From positions 5,404 through 69,403 of the forward strand of contig JAZTWW010000036.1 of the NCBI GenBank assembly GCA_045636065.1: a stretch of DNA of 64,000 bases, in the 5' to 3' direction. The position numbers and the translations under genes were made by a program. Positions 55,901-63,978 of this stretch are shown one piece after another. This stretch comes from Kiritimatiellia bacterium. Lineage in GTDB: Bacteria; Verrucomicrobiota; Kiritimatiellia; RFP12; UBA1067. The notes below the pieces were generated by a model. It did no database searches. It was not told the DNA's origin and saw nothing but the letters and a program-made list of their open reading frames with translations. Positions within the stretch are counted from its first letter, which is position 1; every line of letters starts with the position of its first letter.

Positions 55901-58756
55901 GAAACCCTCGTCCTCGGAAAGCCTGGTAAGAAGCTCAAGTATGCCGGCCGCATCGAGGTTTGAGAGGTCGCTTTCGAGGATCGCACCCGCCATGTCGAGA
56001 AGATTCGCGTTGCTGAGTACGGACGCCACGGTCGACATGTTTATAGCATAGAACTCGGCTGGATGCTCGTTGCGGTCGTAGTCGACTCTGATCTGCGGCA
56101 GAAGGCCGAACTTGCGGATGCCGACGACGCCTACGAGCTGACGGCCGGAGCAGTGCGAGATCTGCAAAGTGCCGTCCGCAAAGACCTTTGTGCAAGTCGC
56201 CACAAGGACGCGGTTCGCGAGCGAAACAAGCCTGTAGTGGTGTTCGTGCTTCTCGACGCACCAGTAGCTGCCCCTGCGCACGATGTCGTATCCCTCGGCG
56301 ATGAAGGATTCGTCGGGCTTGACGGAGAAGCGCCCGCCGCTGATGGATACGCTTCCGCCTTCGTTGCGGATCGTTCCGGTGAAAGTGCCGCCCTCGATGA
56401 CGAGGTCGCCCGTATTCACTATAACGGTATCGTCAGAAGATCCGGGGTTGGCCGAGACCTTGCCGGTGGAACCGGCGCTCGAATCCTTTATGGTGAGTTT
56501 GCCGTTGTTCTGGAAGAGGGGGCCGTCCTGAACGGCCGTCACCGTGAAGCCCGCGAGATCGTACGTCTTGCGGCCGCACTGGAGGTTCAATATGCCATAC
56601 CTCTCGGGCGTAATGTAAGTCTTGGCGGCGGTGTAGCTCTTTCCGGCGGAGATCTCCATCGCATCGCCCGTGGCGCGCTCCAGATAGGTCGCGGCATCCT
56701 TGACGTGTATGCCGTCCATGCTCGCCTCGCCGGCCAGGATTTCAAGGCCTTCGAGCCTAAGTGTCCAGCTCTCAGCCTCCCCTTCCTCGGGGACCGGCTC
56801 CGTCACCACGGCATAAGCCGTATATCTGCCGGGTTCAACCGGGGCCGATTCAAGGGTGGCACCGGCTTCATCCAGATATCCCACCTCGCCGATCGTAGCG
56901 CCCGTAAGCGCGAATTTCTCAGCTCCTTCAAGGATGGCTTCAGCCGGAACGCCGTCGCGGTAGTGGCCCTCGGCATACGCCTCGTTACGCGAATCCTTGG
57001 ATACGATCGACAGGTCGAGCGATCCCTCGGTATACGCAAGGAAGCATCCAGGAGCCGCGCAGGACGCCGTGAGCGTAACGCCGTCGTCGGAAAGAGAATA
57101 GCTCCAGTCGTGGGTGTGCTGGGGATAGACCTGCTCGCCATCCCCGTTCAAAAGGAAGATGCTGTCCAGGCCGAGGCTTACGGTGAATTCCGTATCCTTG
57201 AGGCCCTGGACGTCTCCTTGCGTTTCATCGCCCCAGGCGACGCTTCCGCAGACGATCGAGAACTCGAGATTCTCCGCGCCTGATTCCACCGCGGCCGCCA
57301 CATCATCGGCAAAGATGGATACGGTCCATGTCAGGGTATCGAAATATGTGTACGACACCGGATTTATCAAAAAGCCGTCGATCTCGTAGTAGGTGGCCTG
57401 GTTTGTCGTTGCGGAAAGCCCGTACCATTCGCCGTCGAGGATCTCGTTGCCGTACGCTACCTCATCCTCCCCCACCGCTACAGCGGCATGTTTTGCATCC
57501 GTGTACTGGACGCGGGTCGCGACCTGCTGGAAGAAATATGTATCGTACTCGGTGACTTCATGCGGCCAGCGGATCTCGACGGCGGCCTCCCAGCGCTCGC
57601 CGAACTCGTCGTTCTTGTATACGAGCAGAACGGAATCGGTGATGTCGAGGCGGCGGCTATTGGCAGGATCGATCGTTCCATACGCGGGATCGCCTGAGCG
57701 TATGCTCATCGCATCTTCGGCGAACTCGCCCGTGGGTTCGACTATCTTCCATGTTGCGCTTGCCGAACCGGCATAGTTTCCCGTTCCGTTTATGGTCACG
57801 GTGTATTCGCCAACTGTAGAGGCCGTAAAGACGCTATCCTCAGAAACCGTGTAGTCGGTCCCCTCCTGAAGGGTGGCGTTCCCAAGCGTGACGCTTGAAA
57901 TCTCGATCTGGATGTCGCAGTCGCGCACTATGACCTCCGTCGCCGAGAGTGTGATCGCGGCGTCGGTTATCTGGGTAGGCTCATTGAACACAAGCTTCCA
58001 TACGTCGCCATCCTTGACGGCCGAGAAGTTGTCGGGGTATCCGACAGGCTCCACGAAGAACTCCATGCCCTTTTCGCCCATTGCCGCGATGACGCCCGCC
58101 GCCACGGCAAGCTCCATGTCGCCGTACACCTTGCCGTCGACGAGCGCAAGCGCGGGATACCAGATTTTTCCGTTGCCGTCCTTGAGGACCGTTGTCTTCG
58201 GGACCGTTATCGTGTACGTATCGCCGCCTACGGTGAGCGTTGCGACATAGTCCTTGCCCTCCAGCGAGAGCGCATGCATCGTCTCCGGCGTAACCCACAC
58301 GTTCCAGTCCGTATACTTCATGTAGGATGTGGTGCCGCCAAGCTGGAACTCGTTCTTGATTCCGCTCCCATCGGGCGAATTCTCGACCATGATGCCAATA
58401 ATGCTCCTGGCGACTGCATAGTCATCGACCGATCTGCCGGCGTTGTCGCTGAAGGCCGCGTGCGTATCGGCGGTTTTGGTGCCGGTGTACTTTATGTTCA
58501 GAATGGTACCGGTATAGGAGAGCGCCCATGTACGCCTTAAGCCGGCATACCAGCCTTCCTCCTCGCGGTTTAGGCTGTCGTTGGACGATGGCGACATGTA
58601 GACGAGCTCATTGGCCGTCCAATCGTTTCCATTTGCCGTTAGCGCCCCTGTCGCTGCAACAACCGAGTCGGTAGTCACGTCGACGGCAAACGCCGGGATG
58701 GCGCATGCGAGCATAAACAAAGGCACAATAAACCGTTTGCAGCTGCATTTAACCAT
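52943..58756 (-). CDS. giant secreted/surface protein (~1,937 aa; Ig-like/beta-rich repeats, adhesin-like)
   Basis: Signal peptide (KRFIVPLFMLACAIPAFA). Long T/S/G/V/D/E-rich beta-type sequence with no catalytic motifs. Start set at the ATG 58756 (GAGGTG RBS). The track start at 58786 is a GTG inside an 18-nt tandem duplication. The 3' end overlaps the OMP gene start (ATGA). Confidence 0.7.
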   Translation of the reverse strand: MVKCSCKRFIVPLFMLACAIPAFAVDVTTDSVVAATGALTANGNDWTANELVYMSPSSNDSLNREEEGWYAGLRRTWALSYTGTILNIKYTGTKTADTHAAFSDNAGRSVDDYAVARSIIGIMVENSPDGSGIKNEFQLGGTTSYMKYTDWNVWVTPETMHALSLEGKDYVATLTVGGDTYTITVPKTTVLKDGNGKIWYPALALVDGKVYGDMELAVAAGVIAAMGEKGMEFFVEPVGYPDNFSAVKDGDVWKLVFNEPTQITDAAITLSATEVIVRDCDIQIEISSVTLGNATLQEGTDYTVSEDSVFTASTVGEYTVTINGTGNYAGSASATWKIVEPTGEFAEDAMSIRSGDPAYGTIDPANSRRLDITDSVLLVYKNDEFGERWEAAVEIRWPHEVTEYDTYFFQQVATRVQYTDAKHAAVAVGEDEVAYGNEILDGEWYGLSATTNQATYYEIDGFLINPVSYTYFDTLTWTVSIFADDVAAAVESGAENLEFSIVCGSVAWGDETQGDVQGLKDTEFTVSLGLDSIFLLNGDGEQVYPQHTHDWSYSLSDDGVTLTASCAAPGCFLAYTEGSLDLSIVSKDSRNEAYAEGHYRDGVPAEAILEGAEKFALTGATIGEVGYLDEAGATLESAPVEPGRYTAYAVVTEPVPEEGEAESWTLRLEGLEILAGEASMDGIHVKDAATYLERATGDAMEISAGKSYTAAKTYITPERYGILNLQCGRKTYDLAGFTVTAVQDGPLFQNNGKLTIKDSSAGSTGKVSANPGSSDDTVIVNTGDLVIEGGTFTGTIRNEGGSVSISGGRFSVKPDESFIAEGYDIVRRGSYWCVEKHEHHYRLVSLANRVLVATCTKVFADGTLQISHCSGRQLVGVVGIRKFGLLPQIRVDYDRNEHPAEFYAINMSTVASVLSNANLLDMAGAILESDLSNLDAAGILELLTRLSEDEGFSEIITDIFNLFVSAGAFETITGAELGEITYTKDGEPFDGVPVEAGLYTASVTVTTAEGCNLVVKGTYRINEKELPIETEGHSLHIWSFEEDGAKVTATCPGNVLRSIKCNASPMGIELVPSVEGGRKVFDATPLEVAVSNLNTFVINTGATVSDIVYTASDGTESAEAPIDPGEYTASVTVQKDGILLGGTYTASIPLVIEEKAPESCFPFPEATIRLRMDSCALIEKDGDLFFPLCVPWPHMVEQIIHTPRFTDPAHAAVTISTTDKTFTAVEILAGEAEEWGLMADAGEFFRLRKLKCQTYMTGVSWMVPFTRADIEAACSSGSREIVRTITLEGKCWEDDMIGLKPATITVILEIDVDFYWIRYLGNGSDSGEMDVEMRFVTPAQRLSDCAFKKKNFNHLGWSFNEEAEGLADLDFADRQFVSDEFELGVTNDLFAVWTTNVVVSGDIEGEEFESISSIVAWGVGSTIEDAIQGRVFGSSSPWRYVCELPSAGAYDVVVQAVGGKGDVTTITTLVFADNDPDTERKGEKTIEDPGGDRSSVVDNSAAGDYPAVAGGIDDIARKAVNPGERGKSIEIRFTVKDMPAADTTRGYSRIRDAVTAGHVKPLDFTLAKYVDGVFSTNIHDLSLFNGLVESVMPFTLGGRRNFRVARYHEEVEGDPATGSVAVLPEGVANANELGECFNVNEETGELVIRCAKLSTYALVWDGAVVTLDSLEWNVDWLSGMYVPEIALEVKDGDGWAGTVTNMCFLLEKRDGIQLWDAKANKAVSTVETIDGVEFFKVPLKDRFAENGLEGPDSGVWGAAWFDSVWVNAALSEILLYAPSYWPRNPKDVPELDNLVAYVRYESCECTSFVEVVANTPLLNSLSAVSLKSASKPLAVANLNASLAVGAAVTESSEPYLKLADFLVEDGTISGTVEIGAGSERGSLGAGSSIVLWGAKSLGEEFAEISTVECDEDGSFSAEVPEGYSFFKVKLSIADSVK

Positions 58757-58791
58757 AACACACCTCACTTCTTTAACACACCTCACTTCTT
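58756..58791 (-). repeat. perfect 18-nt tandem duplication (aagaagtgaggtgtgtta x2 on the minus strand) covering the RBS and start of the giant gene
   Basis: Plus strand taacacacctcacttctt at 58756-58773 and again at 58774-58791. Confidence 0.75.
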
Positions 58792-58842
58792 TGCAATGTC
58801 GCGCACATCACACGGAAACATGGATAAAGTGGGCGCAACCAT

Positions 58843-58873
58843 CTGGTTCAAAAAAAGAACCAGTTTAATTATA
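58843..58873 (+). terminator. canonical intrinsic-terminator-like hairpin oriented on the + strand (CTGGTTC-AAAAAAA-GAACCAG then TTTAATTAT), overlapping a minus-strand TTTGATATAAT -10 element
   Basis: 7-bp stem at 58843-58849 / 58857-58863, 7-A loop, T-rich tail on the + strand. The minus-strand -10 (TATAAT) is at plus 58868-58873, upstream of the giant gene. Confidence 0.4.
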
Positions 58874-58898
58874 TCAAATCTGCGGGCCGTCTGCAATC

Positions 58899-59813
58899 TC
58901 AAAAAAGCTCGACGGGCATCTTCCTGAGTTCGCCCGGAATGTCGACGACGAACCTCGGCAAGGCAAGCCCCCCGATGCGCTCCGCACAGCAGGCGGAAAG
59001 CTCCTGCGCCCTTTCGATGGGAACGCGGAAGTGGTCTATGCCCGGTATAGGATCGCACTGGAAGACGTAGTACGGCCTCACCCTTGCGCGCTGGAGCGAT
59101 CTGAAAAGCTCAAGAAGCGTCTCGACATCGTCGTTGACGCCTGCAAGAAGAACGGTCTGGCAGCTCACCGGTATGCCGGCATCGACAAGGCGTGAACATG
59201 CGGCCACGGCTTCGGCGGTAAGTTCGTCCGGGTGGTTGAACTGCGTGTTGAGCCAGACCTTCTTCGATTCGGCGAGCCGCGAGACGAGCCCGGGCGTGAG
59301 CCTCATGGGATTCGTGCATGGGGCGCGCGTACATAGCCTTACGACATCGATCTGCTCGAGCGTTGCGAAAGAATCGATGAAGCGCATGACCTCGTCGTCC
59401 GGCAGGACGAGCGGATCGCCTCCTGAGACGAGCACATCGCGCACCTTGGGGTGCGAATGGACGTAAGCGACGGCCTGCGCGAGATCCTCGTCGGTTCTTA
59501 CGACTGGAACGCTTTTGAGGATATGCTTGCGCGTACAGTGGCGACAGTTCATGAAACAGCTGTCGCTGGCCATGACGAGAACGCGGTCCTCGAAACGCTG
59601 CACGAGCCCGGGACATCCGGTTGAGGCGGCCCCATCCCCCATCTCGCCGAAGGGATCGGCGCTTTCGAACCCGTCGGGGGCTATTTCGCGGATATCCGGC
59701 ATCACCTGCTTCGCGAACGCGGGGCTTTTCGCCGCAAGCGCGCGGCAGTAGGCGTTCGCCACATAGGGGAAGCGCTCAACAACCGCCTTCATTTTCATTC
59801 CGGAGTCTTTCAA
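58899..59813 (-). CDS. KamA-family radical SAM protein (lysine 2,3-aminomutase / EpmB-like)
   Basis: CxxxCxxC radical-SAM cluster motif in KamA context (SDSCFMNCRHCTRK). The 304-aa length is typical of EpmB/YjeK-like members. Confidence 0.8.
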   Translation of the reverse strand: MKDSGMKMKAVVERFPYVANAYCRALAAKSPAFAKQVMPDIREIAPDGFESADPFGEMGDGAASTGCPGLVQRFEDRVLVMASDSCFMNCRHCTRKHILKSVPVVRTDEDLAQAVAYVHSHPKVRDVLVSGGDPLVLPDDEVMRFIDSFATLEQIDVVRLCTRAPCTNPMRLTPGLVSRLAESKKVWLNTQFNHPDELTAEAVAACSRLVDAGIPVSCQTVLLAGVNDDVETLLELFRSLQRARVRPYYVFQCDPIPGIDHFRVPIERAQELSACCAERIGGLALPRFVVDIPGELRKMPVELF

Positions 59814-61726
59814 GCGGTAGCCTCCGGGATTTCACGCTCCTCGCATATCCAGTGGCGCACCTTGGCGCCGGCGGCGTGGCACACTTCGGCTATGTGCTTA
59901 AGGCGCGCTTCGCCGATAAGGCACGTGATGACGACCGTATCGATCTTCTCGCGCTCAATCGTGGCGGCGGCGTCCTTTAGGGTGCCGAAGATGGGGATCG
60001 TCCCGATGCGGTGGCCCTTGAGGAGGATGTCGTCGTCGAGGATGCCGACTATCAGGCGTTTCGTCTGGCCGGTGGCCCTTACGAGCTCGCGCCTGTAGGA
60101 GCGGTACCTGAGCCCGGCGCCGTACACGAGTATCCTTTCGACGTCCGGCTGCGATTCAAGCTGCACGCGGCCTATAAGATAGAATATGTCGCGGACGATT
60201 CCCCGCATGGCACGCCACCATGTAAGGCCGAGGCTTCCGAGGGCGAAATAAATTATCGCAAGGCTTTCGAGGCGCGGAATCGCCATGTCGAGGAAGAAGA
60301 TGGCGGCCGTGCCGATTGCCGTTCCGAGGAAGGAAGCTATCATGAGGCGGAAGAAGTCGGCCGTGGTGGCCCTGCTCCAGACGGTCCTGTAGCATCTGAA
60401 TACGACGAGACTCAGGAACGCTGGGACGATGAATATCGGGAAGATGCGCCTTATTGTCGGGAGATCGGGGGTAAGCCCGGCAAGCGACACCGCGACTATC
60501 CATGCAAGGCAGAGAACGAGTATGTCGATGACGATGGAGACGGGCACCCTGAGCATCCTTCTGCGGCGGAACGTGTGGAGATCCCGCCTGAAGGCGACGT
60601 TCTTGAGAAGACGGCCGGCGTCCCAGAGCTCGATGCGCTCCATGTCCTTCACTACGACGTACGTGCCGACGACGAACGCTATTATGTAGAGGCCCGCCGC
60701 ACGGTTCTTGAGCGCGAGGCCCAGCATGCCTATACCGACAAGGCCTATCGCCATGAGATAGAGCGTCTTTGCGGCCGTTCGCTGGTTTGCGACCTGCCTG
60801 AGGATCCTGTGGTGGAGATGGTCGGCATCGGCCGTCATCAGCTTTCCGTTCCCGACGGGCCTGCCCTTTTCCTGCTTCTTGAGAGCCGCCCTTATCGTAC
60901 GCCTTATGATGGCAAGGCTCGTATCGAAGATCGGAACGCCCATCGCGAGGATCGGAACGCCTATCGAAAGGAAGAGCGATTCCCTGGAGCCTGTCAGGAG
61001 CGAAATGGTGGCAAGCGAGAAGCCAAGGAACATCGAGCCCGTATCGCCGAGGAATATGCTCGCCGGGTGGAAGTTGTACCTGAGGAAGGCGAGGCATCCG
61101 CCGGCGAGCGCGCAGTGGGCTATCATGGCGCCGGGGCGGCCCGAGAAGAGGAGCGCGCCGCCCATGCCGACGCATGCTATGAACGCAAGGCCGCTCGCAA
61201 GCCCGTCAAGGCCATCTATTAGGTTGAACGCGTTTATTGCACCGACGATCCAGAACACTGTAAGAAGCACGTCCAGCCATTCGGGAATCATCGGCAGCGC
61301 ATTGTGGAAACCCGCCCCGCAGAGGAAATGGACCGCAAGCGCCACGATTATCTGACCGAGCAGCTTCACCTTCGGCGGAAGCGAGAACTTGTCGTCCGCA
61401 AGGCCGATCGCGACGAGCACGGCGGCAATCGCGTTGAAGCGGTAGACGATTGCGTTATCGACGCCAGGGATGACGCCGTTGCCGGTAATGAGGGCGTATG
61501 CGACCGTCACCGCACCGGAGGCGATGAATATCGCAAGCCCGCCGGCGCGGGGGATAGGCGTCTTGTTGATGCGCCTGGGGCCGGGCTTGTCGACCATCCC
61601 AAGGCGGCTGAAGAGTTTGCGGCAGAGAGGCACAAGCACCAGGCCGAGCAGAAGGGAGCCGAAGAACACGGCCAAATACGGCGCTGCTGCGTCGAAAGCG
61701 CTTTCAAGTGCGTTCAAAATGGTCAT
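59810..61726 (-). CDS. polyprenyl-phosphate N-acetylhexosamine-1-phosphate transferase (GT4 MraY/WecA family) fused to a C-terminal cytoplasmic Rossmann/CoA-binding-like domain
   Basis: About 10 TM segments with MraY/WecA family motifs (...NAFNLIDGLDGLASG...). C-terminal VYGAGLRYRS...ILDDD... resembles the N-terminal domain of WbaP/EPS priming transferases. Confidence 0.8.
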   Translation of the reverse strand: MTILNALESAFDAAAPYLAVFFGSLLLGLVLVPLCRKLFSRLGMVDKPGPRRINKTPIPRAGGLAIFIASGAVTVAYALITGNGVIPGVDNAIVYRFNAIAAVLVAIGLADDKFSLPPKVKLLGQIIVALAVHFLCGAGFHNALPMIPEWLDVLLTVFWIVGAINAFNLIDGLDGLASGLAFIACVGMGGALLFSGRPGAMIAHCALAGGCLAFLRYNFHPASIFLGDTGSMFLGFSLATISLLTGSRESLFLSIGVPILAMGVPIFDTSLAIIRRTIRAALKKQEKGRPVGNGKLMTADADHLHHRILRQVANQRTAAKTLYLMAIGLVGIGMLGLALKNRAAGLYIIAFVVGTYVVVKDMERIELWDAGRLLKNVAFRRDLHTFRRRRMLRVPVSIVIDILVLCLAWIVAVSLAGLTPDLPTIRRIFPIFIVPAFLSLVVFRCYRTVWSRATTADFFRLMIASFLGTAIGTAAIFFLDMAIPRLESLAIIYFALGSLGLTWWRAMRGIVRDIFYLIGRVQLESQPDVERILVYGAGLRYRSYRRELVRATGQTKRLIVGILDDDILLKGHRIGTIPIFGTLKDAAATIEREKIDTVVITCLIGEARLKHIAEVCHAAGAKVRHWICEEREIPEATA

Positions 61727-62430
61727 GGAAGCTCCTTTTCAAGTGCGGACATGAACTCCTCCATCATGCCCATGTCGCCCGCATCGGTCAAGTCGAGACC
61801 TCTCTGACTGCCTGGACGGGAGGCGTTTATGGTAACCATCACCCAGCGGTCAACCCGGTTGTGGAGAGATCTGTCGAGGACATCCCTGAATATGCGATCG
61901 ATATGGGATGACGTCCTGAATCCCTCCTGGTTGAAGAACGTGTATGCAAGGGCCGCAGACTCGAGGCCATGGCCGGAGAAGCCGACTATGTTGAACGGAC
62001 GGCCGTTTATGTCCGCCTGCCTCTTGACCTTCATCTGGAAGCCCTGGGACGGGAGACAGAGCTCCGGACGGTGGAGCGATGCCCTGGAAACGCCGCCCAG
62101 CACCATTGAAACGGTGAAATGCACTCCCATCGGCGAGATGAAAAGCCGCTTCGTTATGCGCGTATCGGCTGGCAGGACCCTGAACTCGGCAAGCGACATG
62201 CCTTTCAATTCGCCGCCGCACGCGGGACACTTTTCCGCCCCCTCAAGATCGGCGAGGGCGTAGCTCATCGAGCACTGCTCCTCCTGGCAGTACATTATCC
62301 CGTCAGAACGGTATCCGGGGAGATCCTGCGGAAGCGAATGGTCTAGGGGTGGAAGGATCTGCGGATCGGGACTCAACGCCTGATAGGCGAAGATGGGGAT
62401 GAGGATGGCTGCGAATATCCAGCGTTTCAT
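61723..62430 (-). CDS. exosortase-associated EpsI-family protein
   Basis: Periplasmic protein encoded immediately downstream of, and overlapping (ATGA), the exosortase gene. Its size and position match EpsI. Call is by synteny, with weak motif support. Confidence 0.55.
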   Translation of the reverse strand: MKRWIFAAILIPIFAYQALSPDPQILPPLDHSLPQDLPGYRSDGIMYCQEEQCSMSYALADLEGAEKCPACGGELKGMSLAEFRVLPADTRITKRLFISPMGVHFTVSMVLGGVSRASLHRPELCLPSQGFQMKVKRQADINGRPFNIVGFSGHGLESAALAYTFFNQEGFRTSSHIDRIFRDVLDRSLHNRVDRWVMVTINASRPGSQRGLDLTDAGDMGMMEEFMSALEKELP

Positions 62431-63329
62431 TCCGCACCTCCCTTGCCCACTTTGGCGGCGCGCTGTCTTCTTCTGTCGAAGAGTCTGTCGATTATCTCGC
62501 TTACAGCAAGCATGAGGAGTATCGCCACGATGAAGACTATGTAGCCGGAATAGTCATGGTAGAATCCGGTGCCGAACTCATGGCCGAACGCGGCGCTCAC
62601 GAGGCATATGGAGACTATCCTTACAACGTTTCCTATTACGGCCAGCGGAACGGAGAAGGCGAAAAGTATCGCCCTTCTCGTCCAGGTGGGCTGGTAGAGC
62701 CTTGCGTAGGCGGCCGTGAGCGCCATAAGGGCGAAGAGGCTCCTGAGGCCGCTGCATGGCTCCGCCACGTCAATTGAGAACGGGACCGAACCGGTTGCGT
62801 AGATCGCAGTCCCCTGCTGGACCGCCGATATGCCGAACCCGTTGAGAACGCCCAGCGCCGTCGAGCTTGCAAGGAGGCGCAGGTGGATCGTTACGACATC
62901 GAGAAATGTCGCAAGGGGTATGGTGAAAAGGAGGTAGGCCGCCGGGAATGCGCATCTTTTTGCCGTCCGCCAGCCGAAGAACGCCCATGGGAGCGCTATG
63001 CAAAGCCCTATGAAACCGAGCTGTTCAAGCCTTAGCTGAAGGCCTCTTGCGCCTATGAACGCGAGGGCCAGGCAGGGGAGGGTTGCAATGAAGCCTGCGA
63101 TGCTCGGCTTGCCAAGCGATTCGGCGATGGCCTTCCTGTCCTCCCAGAGAAGGTAGATCGAAAAGAGCGGCACGAGGGCGCCGAAGGTCATATCCTCTTC
63201 TTTTGCGTTGAAAAAGATATCTATTGCGCGTCCGAACATCGCATGGAAGCCGATGAGAGCCGCACAAACCGTCACCCAAAATGGAATGTACTTTCCTGTG
63301 TCGCCTTTAACCAACAATCCCCCTTTCAA
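62427..63329 (-). CDS. exosortase (Xrt family transpeptidase)
   Basis: 8-TM protein with the exosortase active-site region DVAEPCSGLRSLFAL (Cys-Ser-Gly-x-Arg) and a downstream conserved Asn/Arg region. Confidence 0.75.
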   Translation of the reverse strand: MKGGLLVKGDTGKYIPFWVTVCAALIGFHAMFGRAIDIFFNAKEEDMTFGALVPLFSIYLLWEDRKAIAESLGKPSIAGFIATLPCLALAFIGARGLQLRLEQLGFIGLCIALPWAFFGWRTAKRCAFPAAYLLFTIPLATFLDVVTIHLRLLASSTALGVLNGFGISAVQQGTAIYATGSVPFSIDVAEPCSGLRSLFALMALTAAYARLYQPTWTRRAILFAFSVPLAVIGNVVRIVSICLVSAAFGHEFGTGFYHDYSGYIVFIVAILLMLAVSEIIDRLFDRRRQRAAKVGKGGAE

Positions 63330-63337
63330 AGGTAGGG

Positions 63338-63360
63338 CAATATTCTACCATATTATGGGG
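63338..63360 (-). promoter_or_regulatory. putative extended -10 (TGGTAGAAT) upstream of the exosortase gene
   Basis: Minus strand ccataatatgGTAGAATattgccc. The -10 is at plus 63342-63347, about 13 nt before the ATG. Confidence 0.35.
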
Positions 63361-63551
63361 GGAACCGCAACAGTTTGCCGCTCCGCAAGTGGCGCAGCTC
63401 GCTTCATATGGGCCGCGGGGAGAGGCGCAGTTTTATTTAGCACGCTGCGCAATGCTCCTCGTCCGTGACCCTCACCTCCGGTTGTTTTTCGCGCTCCCAT
63501 CCCTTAAGGACGATTGGGTCGCGCGAAAAACAATCCTCGGTGTTTCCCGGA

Positions 63552-63600
63552 CGAGGACATTGCCTCCGCTTGCGTTGCACACCAAACTGCTGCCTTTATG
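63552..63600 (+). repeat. intergenic repeat element, copy C (module X only)
   Basis: cctccgcttgcgttgcacaccaaactgctgcctttatgcgac, about 88% identical to the module in copy B. Lies in the 370-nt gap upstream of the exosortase gene. Confidence 0.6.
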
Positions 63601-63699
63601 CGACTTGGGGAGAAGCGGCAGCACCCTTGCTCCGCTTTGGTGGGAGGGAGGCATGGGAGCGGAAGCGAGGGGATGCCGAGTGACAGTTACCCAGCTTTT

Positions 63700-63978
63700 T
63701 CAATCTGCCCTTGTGAATGTGCCGTCAAAGTTCTGGTGGTAGGTGCCGATGCCATTTGTTGCATACCATCCGAAACCGCCTTCCTCGATCTCGGTGCCGT
63801 CAGTCAGCCTTGCTCTCCTTGGACCCGAGCTGGCGCAGGATGGTGTTGTGGCAGATTGTGCTGCCATACCGAGCATAGCTCCACCAATGACTATTCCTGT
63901 TACAACCACTATAAGGAGAAACACCGATGTGATAAGGGTGACGCCGGCCGAAAAGCCAAGGAATGTCATGGCAAGCAT
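63700..63978 (-). CDS. 3' part of a membrane-protein gene (truncated by the window end or starting near it)
   Basis: Open frame to the window edge. TM-like segment (VTLITSVFLLIVVVTGIVIGGAMLGMAA). Start not determinable. Confidence 0.3.
   Translation of the reverse strand: MLAMTFLGFSAGVTLITSVFLLIVVVTGIVIGGAMLGMAAQSATTPSCASSGPRRARLTDGTEIEEGGFGWYATNGIGTYHQNFDGTFTRAD

Noticed and set aside
52943-58756. Giant protein as a PEP-CTERM exosortase substrate
   Set aside because: The C-terminus (...EVPEGYSFFKVKLSIADSVK) lacks the PEP motif, TM helix and Arg-rich tail. Instead it overlaps a downstream OMP gene.
63389-63742. + strand ORF 63389-63742 (and ORFs 5-532, 49274-49519) as protein-coding genes
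   Set aside because: They run through the intergenic repeat copies. Their similarity to each other is explained by the shared DNA repeat, not by protein conservation.
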